Below, piece by piece: positions 11,584 through 22,358 of a DNA stretch of 64,000 bases. Position 1 is the stretch's first letter; every line of letters starts with the position of its first letter. This DNA comes from Nitrospirota bacterium. Its GTDB lineage: Bacteria > Nitrospirota > UBA9217. The position numbers and the translations under genes were made by a program. The notes beneath the pieces were generated by a model, which did not search any database, was not told where the DNA came from, and saw only the letters and a list, made by a program, of their open reading frames with translations. The DNA lies in NCBI GenBank assembly GCA_963749655.1, contig CAVVOB010000022.1, positions 128,001 through 192,000 of the forward strand, given 5' to 3'.

Positions 11584-13368
11584 ATGCCGCATCAGACTAT
11601 TATCGGACAAACCAACCCTATTGCAGTTATGTTCTTTGTCGCGTTCGTTATCTCCACCCTCATGATAACCTGGTGGGCCGCAAAACGGACGAGGACCACG
11701 AAGGATTTCTATGCCGCAGGCAGGAGCATCACCGGTTTCCAGAACGGACTGGCGCTTGCGGGCGACTACATGAGCGCGGCGTCGTTTCTCGGCATCGCTG
11801 GCCTCGTGTCCACCAAGGGCTATGACGGTCTGATCTACTCCGTAGGCTGGCTCGTGGGATGGCCGATCATCATGTTCCTGATCTCGGAGCCCCTCCGGAA
11901 CCTCGGAAAGTACACCTTTGCCGACGTGGTCGCCTTCCGGCTGCGGCAGCGGCCGATCCGCGCAGCTGCGGCCGCCGGATCCATCGTCGTCGTTCTCACA
12001 TACCTCATCGCGCAGATGGTCGGCGCCGGCACCCTGATCAAGCTCATGTTCGGTTTGCCCTTCGAACTGGCGATCGTGGTGACCGGCATCCTCATGATCT
12101 CCTACGTGCTCTTCGGCGGCATGATCGCCACCACGTGGGTGCAGATCATCAAAGCGGGCCTGCTCCTGGGCGGCGCAACGCTCCTGGTGATCCTGACCCT
12201 CGCCAAGTTCGGCTTCAGCTACGCCTCGCTGTTCAGCCAGGCCGAGAAGCTGTATACCAACAAGTTCCTCGAACCGGGCGGTCTTGTAACGAGCCCCGTC
12301 GACGCGTTCTCACTCGGGCTCGCCCTCATGTTCGGCACGGCGGGTCTTCCTCACATCCTGATGCGGTTCTACACGGTGCCTGACGCGAAAGCAGCGCGCA
12401 AGTCCGTGTTCTACGCAACCGGGTTCATCGGCTATTTCTACATCCTGACCGTGACCATCGGGTTCGGCGCAGCAGTGCTCGTGGGCCAGAAGGTCATCAT
12501 GGGGATCGACAAGGGCGGCAACATGGCCGGTCCGCTGCTCGCCGAAGTGCTCGGCGGAAACGTCTTCCTCGGCTTCCTGTCCGCCGTCGCCTTTGCAACC
12601 ATCCTCGCGGTGGTTTCCGGTCTCACGCTGGCCGGCGCATCCGCCCTGTCCCATGACCTGTACGTGGGCGTGATCCGGCGCGGCGTTGCCAATGAGAAGG
12701 AAGAGGTGAAGGTGGCCAAAATCGCAACCGTCGCCCTCGGCGCCTGCGCGATCCTGCTGGGCATCCTGTTCAAGGGACAGAACGTGGCGTTTCTCGTCGG
12801 TCTGACCTTCGCGATCGCCGCGAGCGCAAACTTCCCGGCGCTGCTCATGTCCATCATGTGGAAGAAGTTCACGACCGCGGGCGCGGTCACGAGCATCTAC
12901 TCCGGTCTCCTGGTCGCGGTCGTGCTCCTCATCCTGAGCCCGACCGTCTGGGTGGACATCGTTCATAAGGCAGACGTTGCCAAGGTGCAGGCCCAGGTCA
13001 AGGACATCGACACTGCATCGGCTGCTATCGATACCCAGATCACGGACTTGCAGAAGCAGGTTGTGGCTGCCGACGCCGTAGCCAAGCTGAAGAAGAAGGA
13101 CAAGGCCGCGGTTGAGAAGAAGAACGCGACCGTCCTGGCCTCCGTAGCCGCGAAGACGTCGGAAAAAGATGCGCTGGTCGCGAAGAAGAAAGATGCAAAC
13201 TCCCAGATGCCGAAGGCTCCGTTCCCGCTCAAGAACCCCGGCATCTACTCCATGGCCGCGGCATTCCTGATCGGCATCCTCGTATCGCTCATGACGCCGG
13301 ACAAGGAATCGCAGGATAAGTTCGCAGACGAAAAGGTCCGCGAATATATCGGCATCGGCGCCGAATAG
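11584..13368 (+). CDS. actP: Cation/acetate symporter
   Basis: [39 protein letters not shown] motifs. Confidence 0.95.
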   Translation: MPHQTIIGQTNPIAVMFFVAFVISTLMITWWAAKRTRTTKDFYAAGRSITGFQNGLALAGDYMSAASFLGIAGLVSTKGYDGLIYSVGWLVGWPIIMFLISEPLRNLGKYTFADVVAFRLRQRPIRAAAAAGSIVVVLTYLIAQMVGAGTLIKLMFGLPFELAIVVTGILMISYVLFGGMIATTWVQIIKAGLLLGGATLLVILTLAKFGFSYASLFSQAEKLYTNKFLEPGGLVTSPVDAFSLGLALMFGTAGLPHILMRFYTVPDAKAARKSVFYATGFIGYFYILTVTIGFGAAVLVGQKVIMGIDKGGNMAGPLLAEVLGGNVFLGFLSAVAFATILAVVSGLTLAGASALSHDLYVGVIRRGVANEKEEVKVAKIATVALGACAILLGILFKGQNVAFLVGLTFAIAASANFPALLMSIMWKKFTTAGAVTSIYSGLLVAVVLLILSPTVWVDIVHKADVAKVQAQVKDIDTASAAIDTQITDLQKQVVAADAVAKLKKKDKAAVEKKNATVLASVAAKTSEKDALVAKKKDANSQMPKAPFPLKNPGIYSMAAAFLIGILVSLMTPDKESQDKFADEKVREYIGIGAE

Positions 13369-13402
13369 TTTTACCCGCAGCGAAGCACAGTGACGGAAAT
13401 AC

Positions 13403-13467
13403 CGTGAACCGGTGGCAGGCCGATCAGGGGATATTCCCCTGATCACCCCGCCGGTTCACGTCTTTTT
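13403..13467 (+). terminator. Long hairpin plus T-tract after actP
   Basis: cgtgaaccggtgg..gatcagggga / tcccctgatc..ccgccggttcacg followed by tcttttt. Confidence 0.7.
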
Positions 13468-13694
13468 ACCAAGGGGCAGGGCCGCCCCTGTTGCAGAAAA
13501 GAGCAACTGCCGCAGTGCAGGTTTTTTCCCTTCCGAGAACGCCGAATTTGGTCGGCACAAGGTGCTCACATCGGAGAACTTGTTTTCGGTCGGGGTTTAC
13601 AGGCGGGGTTTTTTGCGGTATGCTCTGCCTATGTCCGGACGGCTCGGGTCCCCGCACGACCGTTGCGGTTATTCAAAAAGGAGGGATACAAGGA

Positions 13695-15671
13695 ATGGCT
13701 AAAGAAAACATCGAAGTCCTTTCGACCGAGAAGCGCACGTTCCCGCCGTCGAAGGAGTTCAGCCAGAAAGCTCGCATCAAGAACATGAAGGAGTACGAGC
13801 AGCTCTATAAACAGTCCGTCGACGATCCGGAGAAGTTCTGGGCCGAGATGGCGGAGAAGAACCTGTCGTGGTACAAGAAGTGGGACAAGGTCCTCGAGTA
13901 CGATTTCATGAAACCGTCGATCAAATGGTTCAGCGGCGGAAAATTGAACGCCTCGGTGAACTGCCTCGACCGTTTTATCACCACGGCGACGCGGAACAAG
14001 GCGGCGTTGATCTGGGAAGCGGACAGCGGCGTGTACAAGACCTATACGTACCAGCAGCTGTACTGGGAAGTGAACCGCTTCGCCAACGTGCTCAGGAAGA
14101 AGGGCGTCAAGAAGGGCGACCGGATCACGATCTACCTTCCCATGATCCCGGAGCTGGCCATCTCCATGCTGGCCTGCGCCAGGATCGGCGCGATCCACTC
14201 CGTGGTGTTCGGCGGCTTCTCCGCGAAATCGCTGCGGGACCGCATCCAGGACTGCCAGTCGTCCATGGTGATCACGGCGGACGAAGGCCTCCGCGGCGGC
14301 CGTTTCGTTCCCTTGAAGGCCAACGCCGACGAAGCGCTCCTCGAATGCCCCACGGTGAAGGACATGATCGTGGTCCAGCGGGCAGGCACGGGCAAGGTCA
14401 ACATGGAGCCCGGCAGGGACTGCTGGTGGCACGAAGAGGTCGTCGCCAAGGACATCAAGAACTTCTGCGAACCCGAGAAGATGGACGCCGAGGACCCGCT
14501 CTTCATCCTCTACACCTCGGGATCGACGGGCAAGCCCAAGGGCGTGCTGCATACGACAGCCGGCTATCTCCTGTACACGAACATCAGCTTCAAGCTGATC
14601 TTCGACTATCATGAAGAAGACATCCATTTCTGCACGGCCGACATCGGCTGGGTCACGGGCCACAGCTACATCCTCTACGGTCCGCTTTCGGCAGGCGCGA
14701 CCTCGCTCATGTTCGAAGGCATCCCCACCTATCCCGATCCGGGCAGGTTCTGGGACATTGTCGACAAGCACCAGGTGAACATCTTCTACACCGCGCCCAC
14801 GGCCATCCGCGCGCTCATGAAGGAAGGCGAGACCTGGGTCGCGAAGCACGATCTGTCGTCGCTTAAGGTCCTGGGAACGGTCGGCGAGCCGATCAACCCC
14901 GAGGCCTGGATGTGGTATCACAAGAACGTGGGCAAGGAAAAACTCCCGATCGTGGACACGTGGTGGCAGACCGAGACCGGCGGCATCCTGATCACGCCGC
15001 TGCCGGGCGCAATGACGACGAAGCCCGGCTCCGCGACACGCCCGTTCCTGGGCGTCGTGCCCCAGGTCGTGAAGGAAGACGGCTCGCCTGCAGGCGCGAA
15101 CGAGGGCGGCTACCTCGTGATCAACAAGCCCTGGCCGGGCATGCTGCGCGGCACCTACGGTGACCCCGAGAACAAGCGCATCAAGGAAGTATATTTCAGC
15201 CGGTTCCCGGGCAAGTATTTCACCGGCGACGGCGCGCGCGTCGACGAAGACGGCGACTACTGGCTCATGGGCCGTGTGGACGACGTCATCAACGTGTCCG
15301 GCCATCGGCTCGGCACGGCGGAAGTCGAGTCCGCGCTGGTCAGCCACGAGGCAGTCGCGGAAGCTGCGGTGGTGGGGTATCCGCACGACATCAAGGGCGA
15401 AGGCATCTATGTCTACGTCACGCTCAAAGAAGGCAAGAAGCCTTCCGATGAGCTCAAGAAGATCCTGACCGGACATGTGCGGTCGGTCATCGGCCCCATC
15501 GCCACGCCGGACAAGCTGCAGTTCGCGCCCGGCCTTCCGAAGACGAGAAGCGGTAAGATCATGCGCCGCATCCTCCGCAAGATCGCCCACAACCAGGTGG
15601 AAGATCTCGGAGACACGTCGACGCTCGCCGATCCTACGGTGGTCGACAACCTCGTAAAGGGAAGAGTGTAG
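13695..15671 (+). CDS. acs: Acetyl-CoA synthetase (AMP-forming)
   Basis: [31 protein letters not shown] motifs; ATG 13695 with RBS. Confidence 0.97.
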   Translation: MAKENIEVLSTEKRTFPPSKEFSQKARIKNMKEYEQLYKQSVDDPEKFWAEMAEKNLSWYKKWDKVLEYDFMKPSIKWFSGGKLNASVNCLDRFITTATRNKAALIWEADSGVYKTYTYQQLYWEVNRFANVLRKKGVKKGDRITIYLPMIPELAISMLACARIGAIHSVVFGGFSAKSLRDRIQDCQSSMVITADEGLRGGRFVPLKANADEALLECPTVKDMIVVQRAGTGKVNMEPGRDCWWHEEVVAKDIKNFCEPEKMDAEDPLFILYTSGSTGKPKGVLHTTAGYLLYTNISFKLIFDYHEEDIHFCTADIGWVTGHSYILYGPLSAGATSLMFEGIPTYPDPGRFWDIVDKHQVNIFYTAPTAIRALMKEGETWVAKHDLSSLKVLGTVGEPINPEAWMWYHKNVGKEKLPIVDTWWQTETGGILITPLPGAMTTKPGSATRPFLGVVPQVVKEDGSPAGANEGGYLVINKPWPGMLRGTYGDPENKRIKEVYFSRFPGKYFTGDGARVDEDGDYWLMGRVDDVINVSGHRLGTAEVESALVSHEAVAEAAVVGYPHDIKGEGIYVYVTLKEGKKPSDELKKILTGHVRSVIGPIATPDKLQFAPGLPKTRSGKIMRRILRKIAHNQVEDLGDTSTLADPTVVDNLVKGRV

Positions 15672-15702
15672 CAGGAAGTCTGAACGCATCAGAACAACTC
15701 AC

Positions 15703-15737
15703 GCCCGTCTGCGGTCAAACTGCAGGCGGGCTTTTTT
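15703..15737 (+). terminator. Rho-independent terminator after acs
   Basis: gcccgtctgcgg / ctgcaggcgggc stem followed by T6. Confidence 0.85.
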
Positions 15738-15745
15738 ATTGCCGA

Positions 15746-15967
15746 TGCGCTTTTGATTCTTCAACTCAAAACTAAAAGTTCGCAACTCGTAACTGCTTGT
15801 CGTATTTCCGCATTTTTTTAACCTTTTGCATTGGGAAACCATATACCCTAAAAATACCCCATCGAAGTCCTTGCGTAATTCATCCAGGTATAGTACTGTT
15901 TTCCCCGGGAGGCCCATCCCGGCGCGGTTAGATGTTTTTCAACTCCTCCCACGCGAGACCGCTTGAC
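15746..15967 (+). repeat. Repeated promoter/leader module, copy 1
   Basis: cttcaactcaaaactaaaa..ctcgtaactg..gtatttccgcatt arm, TTGCGT-17-TACTGT promoter, gggagg..gcggttag..cctcccacgc..gaccgcttgac leader; homologous to blocks at 16831, 17438, 18121 and 23451. Confidence 0.85.
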
Positions 15968-16173
15968 CTGATTTCTTCATCAAGATGCTTAGCCTCTGGC
16001 TTTTATTTCTCCCAGCGGGGAGAGGAAGACGTCATACGCTTTCCTGTCGACCAATGCGCAGATTTGACGGGAAGGAGGTGAGTATCGCAAAATCGCAATT
16101 TAATTGGGACTGCTTGAGGGCCATAATGGCGCACGTTTTCAAATAAACTTGACCGTTAAAAGGAGAACTGAAG

Positions 16174-16686
16174 ATGAAAAAAGTGTTTATGATTTCTTGC
16201 ATGCTTTTATTTGCTTCCTTTACGCAGTTTGCAAATGCCGGGACAGCATTTATTCCTGCTTATAACGTATCTGCGGATTTGATACGGACTGATATATGGG
16301 TAAGCAACATTTCTAATAGCGTTCAGACCGTTACCATTACTTTGTACAACCAAAATGGAAGTCCTTTGGTAAGCCAGCCTTATTGCTACAGAATTAGCGG
16401 CAGCGATTTCGTGACATCGGCCACGGATTCAAATGGTCAAATGGTTTTCAGTTTACCCGCTTCGAATTCAGTCGGGATATCACTTTTACCGTCAAGTGAC
16501 GGGGCGGTGCATGACGGATATGGAAAGATTACCGGGACAAGTGACGGAACAGTGCATGACGGATTTCGGAAGATGCCGGCAAAACCCAACTTTGGTCTCG
16601 TAGCCCATGCATTTATGACGAATACACCTGCGTATAATACTCTTGTCCAGAACTCTATCAGCATAAATGGCGGTAACCCATTTTAA
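16174..16686 (+). CDS. Hypothetical secreted protein (AT-rich, beta-rich)
   Basis: AAGGAG RBS, signal peptide MKKVFMISCMLLFASFTQFANA; ends INGGNPF. Confidence 0.8.
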   Translation: MKKVFMISCMLLFASFTQFANAGTAFIPAYNVSADLIRTDIWVSNISNSVQTVTITLYNQNGSPLVSQPYCYRISGSDFVTSATDSNGQMVFSLPASNSVGISLLPSSDGAVHDGYGKITGTSDGTVHDGFRKMPAKPNFGLVAHAFMTNTPAYNTLVQNSISINGGNPF

Positions 16687-16830
16687 ATAGAGAAAAGCAG
16701 AGTGTACAAAAATTAAACTCCTGCAAAAAAGATAACGTTGTTATCGGCTGCGATTGTGTCGCGTTATCACAAATTTTTTTTCTCAGCTGTCTGCGCGCCC
16801 ATGACAACGTTATCTTCTCTCTTTGTTTCC

Positions 16831-16954
16831 CATTCCGCACTTTGAAAATCCGTTCTTGCCTAATTCGTCCAAGTATAGTAATGTTTTTCCCGGGAGGCCC
16901 TTCCCAGCGCGGTTAGTCCCTATCCCAATTTCCTCCCACGCATGACCGCTTGAC
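16831..16954 (+). repeat. Repeated promoter/leader module, copy 2
   Basis: TTGCCT(16856)-17-TAATGT(16879), then a leader closely similar to copy 1. Confidence 0.85.
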
Positions 16955-16978
16955 ACACCTTGTTGGCAAGGAGTCTAA

Positions 16979-17336
16979 ATGAAATATTTCAAAATGTATT
17001 TGATGGCCTCATCCATTGTGCTGCATGCAGCATTATAGGACTCCTGCTATGGGCAGCGCCATTTATTTCGAACGCGTCAAAAGTTGGTAAGCAATGGGCG
17101 CAAAGTAGCCAGAGCCCGCGTGAAAAAGGCATCGTTGCTGATGTTAGTGAAATTATTCGAGGCGAATATCGGTACAAAGGCTACCTGATAAAATATAATG
17201 ACCAGGACCTGTACGTTATGGTACAAGCAAAGATAATATTGAAAAAGGTGACCACGTGAATGTGATGATTCAAGAGCACCCTTATGCTTCAACAAAGTCG
17301 CTTATGGTTGTTGTTACGAAGTCAGAAATGAGATAA
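16979..17336 (+). CDS. Hypothetical membrane-anchored protein with two apparent frameshifts
   Basis: AGGAG RBS then ATG 16979; hydrophobic N-terminus; continues via ORF 16960-17259 and then SKDNIEKGDHVNVMIQEHPY...EMR-stop in another frame. Confidence 0.55.
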
Positions 17337-17348
17337 ACCTGCAGTTCC

Positions 17349-17433
17349 GCAGGTTGGGCTGAACGTTCTTCGTAAAGCCCAACGTTTTGACCGAGAATCT
17401 GTTGGGCAAGGTGAGCCTTTTTGCCCAACCTAC
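17349..17433. repeat. GTAG-type REP doublet (REPIN)
   Basis: Reverse complement of the right unit, gtaggttgggcaaaaaggctcaccttgcccaacag, is nearly identical to 28229-28263. Confidence 0.82.
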
Positions 17434-17437
17434 GCGA

Positions 17438-17568
17438 CTTCAACTCAAAACTAAAAACTCGCAACTCGTAACTGTTCTTAGTATTTCCGCATTTGGAAAG
17501 TTTCGCATTTAGAAAATGCGTCCTTGCCTAATTTGTCCAGGTATTGTAATGTTTTTCCCTAGATGTTA
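17438..17568 (+). repeat. Repeated promoter/leader module, copy 3 (leader mostly deleted)
   Basis: Same upstream arm plus TTGCCT(17524)-17-TAATGT(17547), then tttttccc|tagatgtt. Confidence 0.85.
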
Positions 17569-17680
17569 TGGTGCTCAAAAATGTTATATATATGTGATGG
17601 TTTCGTAAAAAGTCGGAAATCGGAAACGAAGAACCAGCTTAAAAATCAATTTTTTTACAGATTCGTTAGAATAAAAAAGT

Positions 17681-18076
17681 ATGAAATCATTAATATTGTT
17701 AATAATGGTTTTGAATTTATTTGCTTGTAATGCAATTGTGGAGGATAAAATGAGTGAAAAGCCATCCATTCAAGATGAGGATATTCAATTTGAAGGAAAT
17801 CAAAAGTCAAAAAATGGTGCAATAAAATTACTTAGTAAAGTTTTAAAGGAGCAAGGGGATTTGGGAGTGTATGGAAACTTAAGTAACGGAATGGAAGGTA
17901 TAAAGAAAGATATGAATATTAAAATAAAAGAAGAAGAAAATTATTATTCAATTGACATATATCCAAAGTCAACTTCAGGCGGGCATGATTTCGGATTTAC
18001 TATAGACAAAAAAACAGGAAAAAGATCCGATGTCGTGGTCGGGGAAATTTTACCTCCCCCGAAATTTGATAAATAA
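17681..18076 (+). CDS. Hypothetical lipoprotein, very AT-rich, gene-cassette-like
   Basis: Lipobox LFAC after a hydrophobic stretch; followed within 5 bp by an attC-like arm. Confidence 0.8.
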   Translation: MKSLILLIMVLNLFACNAIVEDKMSEKPSIQDEDIQFEGNQKSKNGAIKLLSKVLKEQGDLGVYGNLSNGMEGIKKDMNIKIKEEENYYSIDIYPKSTSGGHDFGFTIDKKTGKRSDVVVGEILPPPKFDK

Positions 18077-18080
18077 AAGC

Positions 18081-18112
18081 ATCTAACAACTCAATCCACC
18101 GGACGTAAGCGG
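18081..18112 (+). other. Putative truncated attC left arm
   Basis: ATCTAAC (RYYYAAC)-AACTCA-ATCCAC-CGGACG right after the stop codon; no matching right arm visible. Confidence 0.45.
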
Positions 18113-18120
18113 TCCCCTCG

Positions 18121-18187
18121 TGCGCTTTGATTCTTCAACTCAAAACTAAAAACTCACACTCGTAACTGTTCTTAGTATTTCCGCATT
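18121..18187 (+). repeat. Upstream arm of the repeated module, copy 4 (no promoter part)
   Basis: tgcgctttgattcttcaactcaaaactaaaaactcacactcgtaactgttcttagtatttccgcatt. Confidence 0.85.
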
Positions 18188-18236
18188 CCTCGTTTGAAAT
18201 TTTTTTTTCACTTATTGTCCGGAATTGTTCACGTCC

Positions 18237-20605
18237 TCATAGAGCAGATAGCGCGACCGCAGCGCGAGGAATCGTTCGAGAGACGCCTCCCAGAGGGACG
18301 ATACGGACTGCAGGTCCTTTGCCGCTCTTGAGTGCATCAATTACCTCCCGCGACCCTACAAGGTCAAGCGTTTTATCGATTTTGAAGGACCGGGGGTAGA
18401 GCCGGTAGAGCGCCTCCACAAGACCGAGGCCCAGGGATGCCGTGTCCAGGGACTGACGGTCTATAAGCGTGATCCGTACGCCGCGGCATACTTTGCTCTT
18501 GTATCTGTCGGCTCCGGGTGTGAACGTTATCGGCGCGAACGTTACTCCGGCAATTCCGCGGCTGTTCAGATAGCCCGCGAGTTTCCCGGCATTCACCCAG
18601 GGCGCACCGACGATCTCGAAAGGCGTGTCGGTCCCCCGGCCCACGCTTATATTCGCGCCCTCGATGAGGGCCACACCGGGATAGAGCGTCTCTTCGACAA
18701 GCGTGCGAAGGTTCGGCGACGGCGGCGTCCACTGCAGGCCTGTCTCGTCGTACCATGAAGAGCGGCGGTATCCCTGCATCGGGATGACATGAAGCTTCGC
18801 GCCTACTCCTCCCTCGACATTGAACATCCCGGCAAGCTCACCCACCGTCATCCCGTGCCGCACCGGCAGGGGGAAGTACCCGGTAAAGCTTTTCAGCTCT
18901 TCGTCCAGGAGCGGGCCCTGCACAACCGAGGCGTTGATGGGGTTGGGCCGGTCGAGGACGTAGAAATCCACTCCCTTTTTCGCGGCAGCCTCAATGGCGT
19001 ACCCCATGGTAGTGATGTAGGTGTAAAAGCGCGTTCCCGCGTCCTGCATGTCGAAAACCAGGGCGTCCAATCCTTCGAGCATCCGGTCCGTCGGTCGCAG
19101 TGTATCTCCATATAAACTGTACACAGGCAGACCAGTAACCGGTTCGGTAATGGATGCGACTTTGTCGTCTTCTCTTCCAGACAATCCGTGCTCGGGACTG
19201 AAAACGGCCAGGAGTTTCACTCCTGGCGCGGTATAGAGCAGGTCTATCGTACTTCGTCCCTGGGAATCAAGTCCCGTATGATTCGTGATGAGGCCGATCC
19301 TCTTGCCGGCAAGTTCCGAGAAAGCCTGCCCTTCAAGCACATCGATGCCGGTCCTTACCCCAGGGGGCGACTCCGCAGACACTGCGAGGGCGCCTGCAGC
19401 CACGTTTTCCGTTGACAGAGGATTAAGTGCATTCGACACGGCCTCTCTAATGCCGCGCGAAGTGTTTTCACGTCACCTTTGTCGTTCGGGTAGACCCTGT
19501 TGGTCAGAACAATGACATAGGTTTTCGTGAACGGGTCTATCCAGAGCGCTGTGCCGGTGTATCCGACATGGCCGTAAGCAGCTGTCCGCGATGTCTCGTT
19601 GTTGTCTGACAGGAAGGAAGGAACAAGGTCCCATCCCAGGCCGCGCGGAGTCTTGCGCAGAGGCGACTGGGGAGAGGTCATTTGCAGAACGGTTTCCGGC
19701 TTCAGGATCGATGCGTTGTTCAGCGTTCCCTGGTTCAGGAACGCCTGGGCAAAACGAGCAAGATCGTCTGCAGTGGAGAAAAGCCCGGCATGTCCCGAGA
19801 CTCCTCCCATGCGATAACAGGTGGGATCGTGGGGTTCGCCGCAGAACACCTTGTTGTACGCGAATCTGGTCGGGGCGGTGCGGTCCTTAAGACCGGGCAG
19901 GGGATGAAACCCCGTGTCCTTCATGCCCAGGGGCTTGAAGATGTTGGTCTCGCAATATTCATCCAGCGGCAGGCAGGAAACGCGGCGCACCAGTTCCCCC
20001 AGCGCTTCGAAATTGATGTCGCTGTACACATACGCCCTGCCCGGGGGAAAAACAGGCCGCTCGGAGAGTATCTTGTCCATCGCCGTTGTGTAGCCAGTCC
20101 AGGCGGGCCGCATCGACAGGTCGGGCTTGAGGCCTGAGTAGTGTGTCAGGAGCTGGCGGACGGTGATGGCATTTTTGCCGTTTGCTGCGAATGCCGGCCA
20201 GTAGCGGGAGACAGGGTCGTCTATGTTCACCTTCCCCTGTTCCGCAAGCTGCATCACGGCAACGGCTGTTGCAATCGGTTTGGTCAGAGACGCAAGATCG
20301 AAGACCGTGTCCTCGGTCATCGGCGCCTTTGTTGGAAGGAGGGAGCGAAACCCGAAGGCGCGCCGGTATACGATTGTTCCGCCCTGCCCGATCAGAACGA
20401 CGGCGCCGGGGGTCTTGCCGTCGCGTATCGCTTTGGCAACGATATTTGCAACGGGGGCCAGTCGTTGTTCCAGGGAAGGCACATCGGAGACAGCAGGTGA
20501 TGGAGAAGGGGAAGCTGGGGCTGAGACGAGGAGAACAAGCAGGAAAGCGGCGAACATCGGGGTCCGCGCGAGCAGCATATATGTCCGTGGCCGTTTCTTC
20601 AACAT
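18237..20605 (-). CDS. Serine hydrolase (beta-lactamase family) fused to a DUF1343/NamZ-like exo-beta-N-acetylmuramidase; frameshift near 19440
   Basis: FDLASLTK, YSDIN, GHVGYTG motifs in 19355-20605; ITNHTG, FSPEHG, DRPNP, PPSPN, SVGRGT motifs in 18237-19439. Confidence 0.85.
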
Positions 20606-20647
20606 TGGCTCAGCATGATTTCATAATAATCTGTACGCCGCCCTGTT

Positions 20648-20761
20648 CGTCATTCCTGCGAAGGCAGGAACCCAGGGGCTTATTTGTCATTCCGGCTTGT
20701 CCGGAATCCTTCTTTTTCAGTGATGTGCAGCGAGACGATTCCCGACGTAGCGGGAATGACG
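20648..20761. repeat. CGTC/GTCATTCC-type REP cluster
   Basis: cgtcattcctgcgaaggcaggaaccca, gtcattccggcttgtccggaatcc and inverted gattcccgacgtagcgggaatgacg. Confidence 0.8.
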
Positions 20762-20798
20762 ATTTATTACGAAACCATAAACAGTAGACGCCTTTGTG

Positions 20799-22358
20799 TC
20801 AGTTCAACCCCTGCGAGAGATATACGTCACTCGGCTTCCCGGGCAACAGGACTGTAGCTACTGAGTCCTTCGAGAAAGAGACCCGTGCCCGTTTCTCCGG
20901 AGTGGGGAATTCTTTTCTGCCGAAGGCATAGTCGCTGAATCCCTCCACCGGAGGCTCGAAGCGGACCGCGGCTGAGCCGGAGCGCTGCGTCTTCGCGGCC
21001 GCAGGGGGAACGATTTCGACGGGGTGCTCGACAGCGCTGGTATTTTCCCCTATCCCTGCTTTGCTCATGATAATCTCTCCGGGCGCACTTTTCAACCCCT
21101 CTGCCATATAGACATTCCTCGGGTTCCAGAGCATCCAGCCTCCGGCCCCGAAGGACTCTGCGGCATCGATCTGGGTCCTTATTTCCGGACCGAGGAAATA
21201 TCTTTTGTCGAAAGCATAGTCTTTGAATCCCTGCAGCCAGGGCCTGAACCGGACGGCTGGGATGCCGGTGCGCTGCCGCGCCCGCTCAAGCGAGCGGGCA
21301 ACGATTTCGTGGGAGTGCTCGACCGGGTTCGTGCATCCCGGTATCCCGAACTGGAAGCCCGAGGGATAGAGCATCAGGGCAAGATAGTCGACCGTGGCTG
21401 CCATGCTGTCAAGCCGCTGGCCGATCGCCGTATCATTGAGGTTCCAGGCGACATACCCGAAGACGTCGGCGGACAGAAATACATTGTAAGGGACCAGCCT
21501 TCTGTGTGCCTCGTCAAGGAAGCCGGAGATGGCGGCAACCCGATTCGGTTCCGTGTTCGCTACGCTGAAGGTCGGGCCTTTCTGGTCGGGAAAGCGCACA
21601 TAATCGAACTGGATCTCGTCAAAGCCGTTCCGTGCGGCCTCCTCGGCAATGGCGATGTTGTATTCCCAGACTTCCTGCTTCGACGGGTCCACCCAGATGA
21701 GGCCCTCGCGGTCGCGCCAGAGCTCCCCGCTCCTCGTCTTTATTGCCAGATCGGGGCGCGCCGCGCCGAGCACCGTGTCCTTGAACACCACGATCCGGGC
21801 AATGGTATAGATGCCCCGTTCCTTCAGCGATGCGAGCAGTCCCTTTATGTCCTTTACGATGACGAGCTTTTGCGCGCCGATCTCCGTTGCAAGAGGGATG
21901 TCGCTCTTGTACGTTATCACCCCGCGGTCTCCCTTCACATCGATCACCAGGGCGTTGAGCTCCGTCTCGGTGATCAGCCTGAGCGCGTTCCCCCGCAGGG
22001 ACCTGTCCGCTATGCCGTAGTTCGTGAGATAGAGCGCTTTTGGCAGGAAGGGTTTCAGCCGCACTTCGAGCGGCGTACGGGAAGATTCCGGGACAGGCAT
22101 CGTGGTTCTCCCGTACCCGTGGGCACGGAAACCTATCGAGTCCGCCTCTCCCTCGATTGCGAACATGCCGTTCTCATCGGTAAGGGTGATTTTGTTCCCC
22201 ACCGTTACCATCGCGGCCTTGATCGGTTTTCCTGTGTCGGCGTCCAGGACCGTGCCCCCGGCCTCTCCGTTCGCGGTCCTTCCCTTGGTTGCGTTGGCCA
22301 AGGAGAAAATGAACAGCACACAACAGGTCATCACCAATCTCGCTCTTTTTGTATTCAT
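20799..22358 (-). CDS. Putative glycoside hydrolase (DUF4015-like) with N-terminal carboxypeptidase-regulatory-like domain
   Basis: NALVIDVK, ARIVVFKD, GFDEIQFDYVRFP, MLYPS, RPWLQ motifs; own RBS and signal-like N-terminus at 22358, although in frame with the upstream gene. Confidence 0.78.
   Translation of the reverse strand: MNTKRARLVMTCCVLFIFSLANATKGRTANGEAGGTVLDADTGKPIKAAMVTVGNKITLTDENGMFAIEGEADSIGFRAHGYGRTTMPVPESSRTPLEVRLKPFLPKALYLTNYGIADRSLRGNALRLITETELNALVIDVKGDRGVITYKSDIPLATEIGAQKLVIVKDIKGLLASLKERGIYTIARIVVFKDTVLGAARPDLAIKTRSGELWRDREGLIWVDPSKQEVWEYNIAIAEEAARNGFDEIQFDYVRFPDQKGPTFSVANTEPNRVAAISGFLDEAHRRLVPYNVFLSADVFGYVAWNLNDTAIGQRLDSMAATVDYLALMLYPSGFQFGIPGCTNPVEHSHEIVARSLERARQRTGIPAVRFRPWLQGFKDYAFDKRYFLGPEIRTQIDAAESFGAGGWMLWNPRNVYMAEGLKSAPGEIIMSKAGIGENTSAVEHPVEIVPPAAAKTQRSGSAAVRFEPPVEGFSDYAFGRKEFPTPEKRARVSFSKDSVATVLLPGKPSDVYLSQGLN

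Noticed and set aside
507-15689. Long antisense ORFs (507-1931, 3899-5563, 8852-10237, 13629-15689)
   Set aside because: Shadow ORFs opposite well-supported genes in GC-rich DNA; no recognisable motifs.
16039-16074. Riboswitch upstream of the 16174 gene
   Set aside because: Only a simple hairpin (ttcctgtcga/ttgacgggaa); no known aptamer consensus recognised.
17596-17669. MITE with gatggtttcgtaaaaagtc end (similar ends near 20761-20780 and 51356-51375)
   Set aside because: Partner ends are too degenerate to define an element or a target duplication.
15746-18187. CRISPR array
   Set aside because: Repeats are long, imperfect and separated by gene-sized inserts; no cas genes are present.
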